A program made the position numbers and the translations under genes. Source: Phoronis australis (taxonomy: Eukaryota > Animalia > Phoronida). From it: 64,000 nt of DNA. This document shows, in pieces, positions 40,201 through 54,000 of this stretch; the first letter of the stretch is position 1, and the number at the start of each line of letters is the position of its first letter. Location of the stretch: contig NMRA01000233.1 of assembly GCA_002633005.1 (NCBI GenBank), positions 558,001 to 622,000 on the forward strand. Reading direction: 5' to 3'. Under the pieces are notes generated by a model. It was not told the DNA's origin and ran no database searches. It worked only from the letters and a program-made list of their open reading frames with translations.

Positions 40201-41620
40201 AAAAAATGTCCAAATAGAACACATTAATATAAAAATAATGCTCACTTGTTCCTAGTGCCCACTTAGTATAGATTCATATCAAATGATACGTTGGACAAAA
40301 ATGTCTGCAAAGAACAGATTGATACCAGGAATGATGTTAACTGTTGTATTAGACAAAAAGCGTCCAGATAGAACGGGACTACTTTTAAGATGGTGTTTAC
40401 TGCAGTACTGGAAAAACGGGCCATAATTCTTACTGTCTGGTGTATTGCACAGAAAATGTCCACATGCAACACGTTGACGATTTCATCTGTCATTGATAGC
40501 TCAATGTCCCACATCTGTTGCTTCCTCTCTAGTCGTGTTTCCTTTCGTGTTGTACGTTGCTTTGTGGACCTTTTGAACACTTCAAAAAGTGTCCACGTAG
40601 AACAGATTTATATAAAAATGGTGCTTAAGTCATGTTGCACAAAAAGTATCCACTGCAGAATACAAAAAAAATATTCTTACTGTTGTATTAGATAAAAGTA
40701 TCCACGTAGAACAGATTACTATTCATGTGGTGTTCACTTTTGTAGTAGACAAAAAGCGTTCATTTAAAACAGCTAGAAGAACCATTCTTACTGAATGACT
40801 ATTGCACAAAAATGTCCACATGCAACATGCTGAAGATTTCATCTCCCCATCTGATCTTTCCTCTCCAGGTGTGTTTCATTGTCGCCTCGCACGACACTTT
40901 GTGGATCTTTGGAAAACTTCGAATTGTCCACATACATGTAGAACAGATTAATTTAAAAATGATATTTACTGTTGTATTTAAGTTGCACAAAAAGTGTCAA
41001 TACAGAACGGGCTAATATAAAACTATTGTTACTGTTGGACAAAAACTTGTCCGTGTAGAACATATAAATAAAGAATTATGTTTACTGTGGTAATGCACAG
41101 AAAGTGTAATATTTAAAGAGATTTATATAAAGAACCATACCTATTGATTAGTATCACAATATTGTCCACATATCGCACGCTGACGATTTCATCTGTCATA
41201 GATACTCCCAAATCTGCTGCTTCCTCACCAGGCATGTTTCGCTCTCGCCTCACACGTCGCTCTGTGGGCCTTTTGAAAATCTCAAAAAGTGTCCACGAAG
41301 ACATAGATTGATGTAAAAATGATATTTTCTGTTGTATTGCACAGTTTTCATCTAAAACAGAATTATACTAAAACCATTCTTACTTATACAGTGGACAAAC
41401 CAAGAAATGTCCTCCGATTGACAGGAAAAATGTCTAGTAAAAGAGTAAATGGCAATGTCCGCAAAGAACAGATCAACGTAAATATATTTTTTTTTTTACT
41501 TTTGTGCAAGACAAACAAAGTCTACTTACAACAGACCATTGTAAAGAATAATGTTAACAGTTGTATTAGACAAAAAGTGTCCAAATAGAACAGATTATCA
41601 TAAAAACTGGTGATTACTGC
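37150..41620 (-). repeat. Complex satellite of hAT transposase fragments interleaved with ~40-bp AT-rich subrepeats, with a ~1.46-kb higher-order duplication
   Basis: About 13 copies of ACGCTGAC(G/A)ATTTCATCTGTCA; recurring TTGTATTAGACAAAAAGTGTCC and GATTGATATAAAGAAC; 37650ff aligns with 39108ff. Confidence 0.8.
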
Positions 41621-44600
41621 TAAAGCTCGATCAATGGTATTTGGTAAACGGGTGGCAAGTCCAGATTATGGGCATAGTGTCACGGCCGTCATTAACAGTA
41701 GGAGTGCAGATGCTCTGGTGACGCAGTTTCCATATACTTGTTAGAGTGCGCATGCTCAGCCGACGTACTTTCCAGATTTCACGGCAAACATTACATTCCT
41801 CTAGAGCACGCTTTTGTGACTCAAAGAAGACTTTCGTCAGAGATAAAATGGCGACGGGGTCTACAAAATACTTGATTCTAAATTTCAATTACAAAATACA
41901 CTGATCGATAGTCATCGGAAATACTCGCATGCATTAGTAAGTACGCAGAAGATATCCTAATTAGAGGTTGCTGAAGTCACTTTTGGTAAAACGGCAATTT
42001 GCAACTACTCTTGAAGTGTCGTTTTTGGGCGCATTTGCTCATGCTCCTGATCCACACCAACAAGTCGCCCAAAAATTAAATTACTGAACGGGCCGAGGAT
42101 TACCAGGCTTAGGGAACGACCCGAGGGGTTATAGCGGTAGGGAAGCATGGAGACGGGTATTGCCAGGCAGGAGAAGCATTGTCTGACAAGCTGTTGGATG
42201 GGAGAACAAAGTGGATAGAGCTCAATTTTCTTTTGGCGTTAGCACTGCAAAAGTTACTGTTTATAAAATACAAAGTCCCATTAACCTTGCAATGAATCCC
42301 AAGTTCAAAATTTTAAGATGTAAATTTTTGGATGATAAAAACCACAAATGCTAGTTCTCGTCTAATTTGATAAAACGGCATCTAGGACTTATTGCCGAGT
42401 TGTTGCTGCCCTCATAGACAGTAACCTTCTTCTTTTGTCTTGAAATTTTAGGAGTTATTTCAATTTTGATAAATTAAACATACAGTTTACCAGGTAACAT
42501 CAGTCGTGGTTTGATGTAATGCAAATTGTTAAATGGTTCTTAATAAAGACCTGTGTGAAAGATATTTTTTTGTGAAAACTAAGTGCTTTCTAATTATTTT
42601 GATGGAAGGGTTGTTCTCGATTTCTTGAATGTTTTAGAAAGCTATATTTGCATTACAAGCAATGTCCCAACCTGATTGTCACTTATAGTACAACTTGGAC
42701 AGATTATGTAGTAATGAACTCACCAGTGGTCAGTACTTCTGCCTCGGAGATTGTCACATTTTTGAACTCTGAAAATCAACACAATGACCTCAGTAGCCTA
42801 TAGGTCAATAATTGTATAGTGCCTAGAGATAGTGACGGTACGTTTTAAAATAGTATTTACAAGTTCGTCTACGTCAAGTTCAAATGTTCACAAGTCCGAC
42901 AGAAATTATGGGAGCTGGTTAATTCGAGAGACGTTGTAAGGTTCACAAGTCAGAAGGCTTACAGATGTGAAGGTTCAAAAGTCCGATGATCCTCCGAAAA
43001 GTCAAACATGGGACAAGCTGGGATTTCAAGCAAAAAAAAAATTCTAAGTCCCAAACATGAGATGTTTAACCGTAATTCATAGTTTTTTTCAACTGAAGTA
43101 CTTATCAGTCAATGTTTCAAAGTTGGAAAAGTTTTCGTTCCTTTTCTGTGTGTGGTTGTCTGCATGTTGCAACCACGTCGTTTCCGGGAAATGATGCATT
43201 TTGAAGACCTTTTTCTTTGAGCACTGTTAAACGGAACTGACAATTTCCTTTTTTTACCACTAGTAGGGGAGTGTAGCAAAACGGCCCATCTAGCAAGATG
43301 GTCTCTTTCTCAGTTTACCACACCGTTTTATTGCTCGACCGATAGGGGTCATAATTACATACTGGGCGCGAATCTAGTGGATTTNGTTAAACGGAACTGA
43401 CAATTTCCTTTTTCTACCACTAGTAGGGGAGAGTGTGGCAAAACGGCCCATCTAGCAAGATGGTGTCTTCCTCAGTTTACCACACCGTTTTATTGCTCGA
43501 CCGATAGGGGTCATAATTACATACTGGGCGCGAATCTAGTGGATTTGCAGACGGCATAAGCTCGTGGCAAGAAATATTTGATGGCCCTCGAAGTTAGGCG
43601 AGTATCTGCCTTTTGTAACATATTTAGACCACGTAATGTACGAAATAAACTTGATTATGGAATTAAGCTGAACAGTAATGCTTAGTGAGTGAGAAAAAAA
43701 TTAAAAAACAATTTGAAATGGCTCTGACTAGTTTACTCGGTGCATGCATGATTGTGACATCATGAATGGGCTGACACGGACAGAGTGACAGTTATACCCC
43801 ATACATATTTCATAGATAGAAAAAGTATGTTTTGTTTTAACGTTTTCGTTTTAGAGAATGTTGCGGAATTAACTTACGAAAATGTACAGGAAATGCGCAA
43901 GAAAGTGAGGACATGAACGCAAAAGCGGTGGTGAGAAGGGGCTGCACGGCATTTTAGAGTCGGTACTGAGAGTTCTACCAAAAGGATCCTCCAAAGTTCC
44001 TGGTCGTCTTACAATGAGTAATAAAACTAATTATACTGAAAAATTTTTTTAAAAATATTAATTTTTGTCAAGTATGGGGCAAATAAAACGTTTGATATCG
44101 GTTAATTTTTGTATTACGCCGTTTGTGATAGATTAGTTCTGTTTCGTCACAAAACTTCAAAAGTCTTAAAAACTTACCTTGCACTCAAATTCTATCCACT
44201 TGTCTGCAAAGTCAGTTCATGTTTAAATTCCAGAAGCTCAGAACTGTGAACAGAATCCTAGACGTGAATCTAACGGGGTGGGGAATCCTCAGTCTGTTGC
44301 TCTTTCAATAATTTGTGCACTCATACAATAATCCATCGTCTCAGCAGTGTCACAGCTGGCAGAAAACTCCTGCTTGGTTTGAGAAGCATTAAATAATTCA
44401 GGAAGCAGACGTCTTAGAAAGGTCAAGGATACAACACGTTCCTGTCGTTTCATTGGCTGTTCTGATCATACTACACTGGCACCTAGTGGCTAACAAAGTA
44501 TCTGAGGCTAGTTTTTCCCACCTTTAAATTAAAGATTCTGCTAGCGATGNAAGCATTAAATAATTCAGGAAGCAGACGTCTTAGAAAGGTCAAGGATACA

Positions 44601-47379
44601 ACACGTTCCTGTCGTTTCATTGGCTGTTCTGATCATACTGCACTGGCACCTAGTGGCTAACAAAGTATTTGAGGCTAGTTTTTCCCATCTTTAAATTAAA
44701 GATTCTGCTAGCGATGTCTTAGGAACTTTGCTGAACTTGAGTTTTGGACGTCTTGAGAAGGATTTAATCCAATTAGTTCCCGTTAAGCCCCCGGCAGACG
44801 AATTAACGGACGGGAAAGATAGCAGAGTTGTAACAATGGTCAAACCTACATATTAAGTGAGGAAAATGAATTTTATCAACAAGAATCGAATTGAAAATAA
44901 TCGAATTAATAAATTTGTGTACAGTCCCCTCCCTAATGGACGCTGATTTTACTTATTTTACCTTAATAGTTCCAAGGGTCTTCCAGACTGACGATTACCA
45001 TATATTTTGCACCATGTGATCTCAATCAGACAGCCGTGCTGCGATGACTGTACTCCAGCGTAGTTCGATAGTGGCACATAGGTATCGGTCGAAAATCTTT
45101 CATTTGAATGATATTGATCGAGTTCCGGTTCTGTATCTTCATACCCTTTGGCGCCCTGTCAATGCATGGACATTCTGACACTTCATAAGGTTCTTACTCG
45201 AACTGTCCGATTCGTGCAAGCAAAATTTCGGTGTGTTATATTCTTAGCGCAAAACGACTTCGCTACACCGCGCAAATAAATTTAAATCATTAATCTTACG
45301 AGCATTGTCATACATCATTACGTACATTTCTTTCAAGTTTTACCAACAATAAATAGATATGTCAAATCCGTCAACAATGGACTCGTATTAGCAATTTGCA
45401 GCCATGTAGACTACAGTTTAATCAAAGTGCTTAAAATCACCAATTTCATATGAAATACACCAACAAAGAAAAAAACTCCCAGCAATCGACTGGTTGTCAA
45501 ATTAGAATACTCAATAACACTGTGTGACGATATGTCCATTAGCTGATATCGAGTAACGAGAGCATTGATTGTTCGATAAATACTACCTAAAATCGGGACA
45601 ACCGATCACAACATTAGTGGGATAACTAAATCGTCAGATGTTGCTCGTTTTCCCGTGGTTGATGGTGTAGTAAAGATTGGCAAGGTGTTGAATCTTTTCA
45701 TTTTTTCGCGGGACGTAATATGAAGAGCGTAGATATGGCTCAAGTTTGTGCGAGAAACTCACGAGTTGGTGGATAAGACACGCTGACGCTGGGTACAGTC
45801 ATACGTCACACTCATGCCCGTGGAGCAAAGACACTTTCTTTGAAAATTGCTTTTCTTCTCTTGTCTCGCTTTTTGGATGTCCACGGCTGTGACGTGCAGT
45901 GCTATAAAGGGAGGATTAATGACGTATATTTATTATTCATTATAATGACATGAATGTATCACAGAATGCACCACTTACAAACTTCTTGAGCTTGTAAGTC
46001 ACTGATACAAATTAACGTATAGGCGATTNTGAAAATTGCTTTTCTTCTCTTGTCTCGCTTTTTGGATGTCCACGGCTGTGACGTGCAGTGCTATAAAGGG
46101 AGGATTAATGACGTATATTTATTATTCATTATAATGACATGAATGTATCACAGAATGCACCACTTACATTTTTCTTGAGCTTGTAAGTCACTGATACAAA
46201 TTAACGTATTAGGCGATTTTACCCAATACAGGCCACTCTTATGGCGATCTTGTGCCCTAATCATAATCTTCGCCAGAACTTGAGAACTCTGTCCTTAAAA
46301 TATTGTATCTAGTGCAAACAAATATGAAATGTATTTCGTCTTCAATTATATTTTGGTTACATACCTTACATAGCCTTTCATTTAAAGGATTTTCCAAAAA
46401 TGTCACTAATTCCATCTGTAATGTCGAAATTTCTGGACTTAATTGTACTGTGCTGACACAAATCTCAATGTAGCAAGAAGAAATACATAGTTTCCAATAC
46501 TATATTCTCACTTGAATGTCTTGTAAAATACACTTCAGGTTTGGAGCCAAGCAAATCACTCTTACGCTTTCCTCTTTCAAAATATAATTGACTAAAACAT
46601 TCAACAGCAACTAGATTTTTTAATGAATGCGTGACGCATTTGAACACGTGACACTTAACATTTGATAGATGAGCTCCAATCATATTTACATAAATTATAA
46701 TTATAAACAAACGTGGTTCTTTTTTCAAATCAACTCGCTTTTCTTCTATTTTCTCGTTCTTGGGATATTGAATTCTCGGTTGTGATGTGCAGTGTTAAAA
46801 AGAAGGTTTCAAGATACCGACAATGTAGCCACTCAGTAAAACAAGGTAAAATGTTTTCAAAATAGAATGTCACCAGATTGATTTCGTTTTTTATCGTCTT
46901 AATCGGGCTCTATCCACATCATCTCAAATACGGTCGATCTCACGTCACCGGTGTTGCGTTTAAGTAGGAGGCAACCTTTATCATGTCATTTTTAGTAAAT
47001 TTACGGTTTGTTGATTATCCTTCTGATTGTTCGTGCAAAATTCGTCGTCACCTCTCCTATGATCAAAGTCTCCGTAACACACGTCACTGTCTCTGTGATA
47101 CGGGTCGCCGACTCTAGCCATTTTCAAGGTACTACAAACTAAAAGATTTCCAAATCCCACGTAATTGAGTTCTCTAACATCCTACTTTGTCGTAGAATAC
47201 TCGTCGATGAAAAATGGTGACAATTTTAGGAAAACAGCACAAAAACAAGAGTAGAACCGTTCCTACAAGTAAACTCGAACGCACTAAAAGCGAAATGGCG
47301 GGAAAAATGGAGGGTCGAATTTTTAATAAATGATTGGAACTTACTTTAAACGTCAATTGACTGGAAACCTTCCTGTTAC

Positions 47380-49090
47380 CATCTTCAGTCTTTCTCAAAT
47401 TATTGAACTGAAGTTTCTTGCTTTTGATTTACTTCACTCTTGTCTCAGTCAATATGCTTTGCTATTACCTTGAGTACTTGCTTATGGTGCCGTGTTTACC
47501 GTCCAATAGGACGACACTGCAAGATGAGCGTACATCATACACTGACCGAATGAGGAACCTGACTGGCAGTGGCGTCATCGTCAATAGCTCATCCCATTTG
47601 ACTTTTCTTCTTAAAATGTCCCATTTAGTCCATGCGTTCTGTTAAGTCATATGGGANGTTTAAGTTGGAGGCAACCTTTATCATGTCATTTTTAGTAAAT
47701 TTACGGTTTGTTGATTATCCTTCTGACTGTTCGTCCAAAATTCGTCGTCACCTCTCCTATGATCAAAGTCTCCGTAACACACGTCACTGTCTCTGTGATA
47801 CGGGTCGCCGACTCTAGCCATTTTCAAGGTACTACAAACTAAAAGATTTCTAAATCCCACGTAATTGAGTTCTCTAACATCCTACTTTGTCGTAGAATAC
47901 TCGTCGATGGAAAATGGTGACAATTTTAGGAAAACAGCACAAAAGCAAGAGTAGAACCGTGCCTCAAAGTAAACTCGAACGCACTAAAAGCGAAATGGAG
48001 GAAAAAATGGAGGGTCGAATTTTTACTAAATGATTGGAACTTACTTTAAACGTCGATTGACTGGAAACCTTCCTGTTACCATCTTCAGTCTTTCTCAATT
48101 TATTGAACTGAAGTTTCTTGCTTTTGATTTACTTCACTCTTGTCTCAGTCAATATGCTTTGCTATTACCTTGAGTACTTGGTTATGGTGCTGTGTTTACC
48201 GTCCAATAGGACGACACTGCAAGATGAGCGTACATCATACACTGACCGAATGAGGAACCTGACTGGCAGTGGCGTCATCTTCAGTAGCTCATCCCATTTG
48301 ACTTTTCTTCTTAAAATGTCCCATTTAGTCCATGCGTTCTGTTAAGTCATATGGGATATTATCGATGCGCGCGTCTTCTTCAGATGTCCTCACTTCTAAT
48401 ATGACGTAGTTTGGTAGACTCTTTGGTCTCTGGTCATTTCTTGAGCTAGCGCTGGGTCAACTAGTTGCTTTGGATGGAGACAGCTTTCAGCTATATCAAT
48501 GTCTGTTTGCGTTTTGTGCTCAGTAAGATGCGACTGTTTCGATCCTGTAATAAAAGTTGTCTTTTAGCGTCACACTTGCTGGCACCTTGGTTACTTTAAA
48601 TTCTTTGATGGCGGATTACACTGGCAGTGAAGGCTTTGATGTTCTACGTTAGAGGCCCACGTTGTTAAAGGAAGAATGTAAATCTTGATTATATGGCTTC
48701 CTCGACTCTTCATACACTGTACTGTGGATAATGACATGTTGTATAGAAGGAACAGCTTCATCAGCGAACACATTGGAAGCAACAAAGGCTGAAACGGCCC
48801 GACAGTCCTTTATTGTCGAGCATGTCGGTTTCGACACGGTACATTATTTGTGTCATTGGCTTCGCTTCTATTGCTGTTAAGATTTCCTGTCTGTCTTGGC
48901 TCGGGCTACTCCGAGCACGCTTGTCACGTGATTGTGTCCACTCTATTGTTCTCTTCTATTGGGCTTTACTCGGGCTTGGTAAGTTGTCAACGTTGTGGTG
49001 TGGCTGTTCTTCAATGACCTGGTCATCTGCTGACCTGTCAGGCACCGGAAACTCCACTGAAAGGTGTTTGCCTCTAGGGGTTGCGTCCTG
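47380..49090 (-). mobile_element. Decayed RLE-type non-LTR retrotransposon (HERO/NeSL-like); part is duplicated at an N junction
   Basis: - strand: VILEVRTSEEDAR...QNAWTKWDILRRKVKWDELLTMTPLPVRFLIRSVYDV...GR..RH.QVLK resembles the post-RT QGAWxxW/FLIxSVYDVLP/GRYxWRHxQVL motifs; many stops and frameshifts. Confidence 0.7.
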
Positions 49091-50907
49091 ACCAATTCCT
49101 CCTCGCCTCACTAGATGTAGCACCCAATCGCATTTTAGTCACTTCTCCCTAAAAATTTTCATCTTACTCCAACGATTTTAAGAACTTTATATGTTCTACG
49201 TATGTCCATTCCGATATTCATAGTCGAATTGCGTTCCGTTGCTGCTGTCATCATATCCGTCGAGGGGACTTCTAATCCCCGAGTTCAAGTAATACTCTCT
49301 CATTAGATTTGAGGAAGCAATAGTTTCTTTTTCGCAGAAACGACATATGGGCTGCTAATCCAGGCTACTCCCGGTGCTGTCCTTCCAACAGTATGCTCCG
49401 CCATTCCTTGTCTTTCCTAGTGTCGCCTATTCTTTCGTAGAAGTCAATGTTAAACCCAAGGAGAACTTGGGCTCTACACGGTGGCAGTTGGATTCCATTG
49501 AAACCCTTCACATCTTGGTCCTCAGTGTTTGATTTCGGTTACGAACAGTTTTGATATGACATTTGANNNNNNNNNNNNNNNNNNNNNNNNNNNNNNNNNN
49601 NNNNNNNNNNNNNNNNNNNNNNNNNNNNNNNNNNNNNNNNNNNNNNNNNNNNNNNNNNNNNNNNNNNNNNNNNNNNNNNNNNNNNNNNNNNNNNNNNNNN
49701 NNNNNNNNNNNNNNNNNNNNNNNNNNNNNNNNNNNNNNNNNNNNNNNNNNNNNNNNNNNNNNNNNNNNNNNNNNNNNNNNNNNNNNNNNNNNNNNNNNNN
49801 NNNNNNNNNNNNNNNNNNNNNNNNNNNNNNNNNNNNNNNNNNNNNNNNNNNNNNNNNNNNNNNNNNNNNNNNNNNNNNNNNNNNNNNNNNNNNNNNNNNN
49901 NNNNNNNNNNNNNNNNNNNNNNNNAAAAATATTTTTTTGCGTTTCCAAAAGACCTCAAGTTCGCCCAGAAATGTCATAGGTTCGTGCGTCGGACACGGGT
50001 ATGGTAGTACACGGTGGAGCAAGAGATAAGCTCAGTGGCTACGCTATGCTCAATCCATTTTGAAGAATTGTGCTTCTATCCGTCACAGAAACGTCCCAGC
50101 GTGTAAGTGCAATTCATGAAAAAGAAATGTATTTTTTGTACCGTTACTGGGAACATAGTTGTCAGGCACATAAGTTTCTGTCAGTCTATTCTTATTCACG
50201 GTTTTGTGAAAATGCATGCTATCCACATACACGTCAATGTCCAATAATCGCCATTGGGAAGTAGATGCCACAAAAAAGTTTGAGGTCATGACTGCAGCCC
50301 ACAGAGGCTGGAGACGTACATGGATAATTTACGACTCATAACTGTACAAAATTTTCATCATTTTGGAACAGACAAGACAGAAACGACTGTACCAGAAGTA
50401 AATTCAGTTAGCATCACTGTAATTAAATAAGATCGTTCCTGACAAACGCACACGGCATTGGAAGAAATGAAATTAGTGTCCGCTATTCGCGACTGGGCAT
50501 TGTAAGGATTAGGGTAAAAACTGGAGATGAGACGGTACACAAAAATTTCTCAGCTCTATACGATTATAGGCACAAGGGTCTTCGGTTTGGTAAATTTTTG
50601 TTCGGTACACAAATCAAGGTTCAGAATAATGTATTTTGTTGTAAAACTTACCTAGTTGTTAAAACATACTTCTTAAAACTTATTCCAAGTTCTCTTTCAG
50701 AAAAAATAGCTCATCAACATGCTTTGCCGACAGTAAAGCCAGGTGTTGTTGAATCTAAAATAAAGAAATGATTGTCTTGTTTCAGTTCTCAGATGGGGGA
50801 AACCGAAATCATATCACACCCACTTCAGCAGAACAACATCGTGCTTGACTTAGTGCCAATATAAACCGTACCTTCGAATCGGTGATCGTACTTAAACAGT
50901 CATAGAG

Positions 50908-51047
50908 AATCCTACACTAGTCTCAGGTTTATGACATGGGCAAAACCTCTTGGAAATGTTGTCAAAATCCCGAGGCTTGCCGAGGGATTTTGACGAAATT
51001 TCCAAGAGGTTTTGCCCATGTCATTAATCTGAAACCAGTGCAGGGTT
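50908..51047. repeat. ~140-bp imperfect palindrome (internal hairpin of a MITE-like element)
   Basis: ATGACATGGGCAAAACCTCTTGGAAAT..TGTCAAAATCCC / GGGATTTTGAC..ATTTCCAAGAGGTTTTGCCCATGTCAT. Confidence 0.8.
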
Positions 51048-54000
51048 TTTTTTCTCACATGAACCGTAAAAACGATCTTTTTTGCCGAAGAACTCTACCC
51101 GTCTAAAACTTTCAACCACGTGACGCAACTTTTGTAAAATTACGCTTGCGCAATGTAAAGTAATTCCGTCACTTTNNNNNNNNNNNNNNNNNNNNNNNNN
51201 NNNNNNNNNNNNNNNNNNNNNNNNNNNNNNNNNNNNNNNNNNNNNNNNNNNNNNNNNNNNNNNNNNNNNNNNNNNNNNNNNNNNNNNNNNNNNNNNNNNN
51301 NNNNNNNNNNNNNNNNNNNNNNNNNNNNNNNNNNNNNNNNNNNNNNNNNNNNNNNNNNNNNNNNNNNNNNNNNNNNNNNNNNNNNNNNNNNNNNNNNNNN
51401 NNNNNNNNNNNNNNNNNNNNNNNNNNNNNNNNNNNNNNNNNNNNNNNNNNNNNNNNNNNNNNNNNNNNNNNNNNNNNNNNNNNNNNNNNNNNNNNNNNNN
51501 NNNNNNNNNNNNNNNNNNNNNNNNNNNNNNNNNNNNNNNNNNNNNNNNNNNNNNNNNNNNNNNNNNNNNNNNNNNNNNNNNNNNNNNNNNNNNNNNNNNN
51601 NNNNNNNNNNNNNNNNNNNNNNNNNNNNNNNNNNNNNNNNNNNNNNNNNNNNNNNNNNNNNNNNNNNNNNNNNNNNNNNNNNNNNNNNNNNNNNNNNNNN
51701 NNNNNNNNNNNNNNNNNNNNNNNNNNNNNNNNNNNNNNNNNNNNNNNNNNNNNNNNNNNNNNNNNNNNNNNNNNNNNNNNNNNNNNNNNNNNNNNNNNNN
51801 NNNNNNNNNNNNNNNNNNNNNNNNNNNNNNNNNNNNNNNNNNNNNNNNNNNNNNNNNNNNNNNNNNNNNNNNNNNNNNNNNNNNNNNNNNNNNNNNNNNN
51901 NNNNNNNNNNNNNNNNNNNNNNNNNNNNNNNNNNNNNNNNNNNNTTTTGTGTTAAGAAATTTATTTTACATGGTCTACAACCTCAAAAAACTCCTTTGTA
52001 AGAACGCTTTAATTTCGGACACCTGTACTCATTCTGCGATCTAATCAACAAGAAGCCCGTGACCACAAAGTGAAAATAGATTACTGTCATATAATGGAAT
52101 TTGCGTTCATGAACTACGTTGAAGACGAATTGCTCTTTTTGTTTGTTTGTTTGTTTGTTTGTTTGTAATGGTTATGAAGAGCTTTGTGAGCATAATATGA
52201 ATGAAAAATTTGATAACCATAATGCGTTTTAAATTTCAACAAAATTATGAAGACTCCAGATTGAGAAAGTGCATACCCGATTTGATATTTCTCCGATGCG
52301 GCTAGTGTTGTAGGATTCGTTTTGGAAAACCTAATAGTTAACTACTGCTGCACCGGCGTTTTCTTCGCTTTCTTTGACATGCTGCTGTGTCTACAATTTA
52401 TTACGGTTAAGAACCTTTGTCGTAAAAGCTGGTTCCCTATACCACTGTGGGAGGAACTACATTGCTGATAACCAGCAGTTGCAAACTCCGACTTGTCGCA
52501 GCAAATAGAACCCACAATACGTCAGTTGTTCTTATGGGCCGTCGTTGTGAAAGAATATATTACAAGCTATACTTATATTTTGTAAAAATAATGAATTCAA
52601 GGCGCAGTAACGAATCGAGGTTTCAAAATTTCCGTACTATTCCAAGATATACTGAAAAATCTCGGTTCGGTTATCTATTGACTACCCTCTCAGTCCTTGT
52701 AAAAACTTCGCTTTGCTTTACATTTCGTACGCTGGTGCGGGAGGTAAGTGTTTGCTCGGCTTCAAAGACGNGATGTTCTGAAAAATCTCGGTTCGGTTAT
52801 CTATTGACTACCGTCTCAGCCCTTGTAAAAACTTCGCTTTGCTTTACAGTTCGTACGCTGGTGCGGGAGGTAAGTGTTTGCTCGGCTTCAAAGACGCAAA
52901 GTTTGCTGATATGGCGAGGTCAAAGTCATTTACCCGTTTCCTTTACGGCCTGTACGTTTGTCATCTCGATCCTCATCGCCATATCTGTCTTCATAATATT
53001 TCCTAAAGATCGCACTCGGAGTCTTCGTAACTTAGTAAATCCTCTCAACTCATCAACGTTTTCCAATGATGTCATCACGTGGCTGGAAACGAAAAATCAT
53101 TAACTCTATAATAAGATATGAAATTCAACAAGTATGTCCCAAAATAAGTACTTGCTTAGTTACATTTTGTGTTAAGAAATTATTTTTCATGGTCTACAAC
53201 CTCAAAAAGAGCGAAATTTCATTGTAAGAACGCTTTAACTTCGGACCCTGTACTCATTCTGTGCTTTAGTGAACAGGAGGCTCGTGGCTAAAATGAACAG
53301 AGTGATTACATTGTTTGTGAATCACAAAGTGAGAGTGGAAACGGGAAGGAAAACAAAATTAACTACTGTTACTAAAATATAATTTGCTTTTATGAACTAC
53401 GTTGAAGACGAAATGCACTTTTTTGTTTGTAAAGCTTATGCAGAGCTCCGTCAGCGATATTTGAATGACAATTTTGATAACCATAACGCTTTCTGATATT
53501 TCAACAAGATTATGAAGACTCCAGATGCAAACATTGTAAAATTAGTATATTAAGTCTCCGTGCTNCACAAAGTGAGAGTGGAAACGGGAAGGAAAACAAA
53601 ATTAACTACTGTTACTAAAATATAATTTGCTTTTATGAACTATGTTGAAGACGAAATGCACTTTTTTGTGTGTAAAGCTTATGCAGAGCTCCGTCAGCAA
53701 TATTTGAATGACAATTTTGATAACCATAACACTTTCTGATATTTCAACAAGATTATGAAGACTCCAGATGCAAACATTGTAAAATTAGTATATTAAGTCT
53801 CCGTGCTTAGAGAAAAGTTGTTTAACTCGATTTGCTGTATTTAACTGAGGTTGTACATACAGTATGCTTGTCGTCGTACTTAGAGTCTCTGGCCTCGAAT
53901 GCAATGCCGTAAAGTAAAGGATTGACACAGTGCATACCTGCTTTGATATTTCTCCGACGTGGCTAGTGTTTTGTATGTGTTATTGTCTCACGCACTCCCG

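Noticed and set aside
37150-41620. CRISPR-like appearance of short recurring repeats
   Set aside because: Eukaryotic context, degenerate repeats, intervening sequences are themselves repeated, and there are no cas genes.
44170-44460. Minus-strand donor AAG|gtaagt at 44177 with an upstream CCAAT, suggesting a first exon
   Set aside because: All ATG frames close before the donor and no downstream exon could be identified.
52447-53103. 218-aa ORF and the family of 60-125-aa ORFs in the array
   Set aside because: The ORF spans an N-junction duplication, and frames are not conserved between units, as expected for decayed TE sequence.
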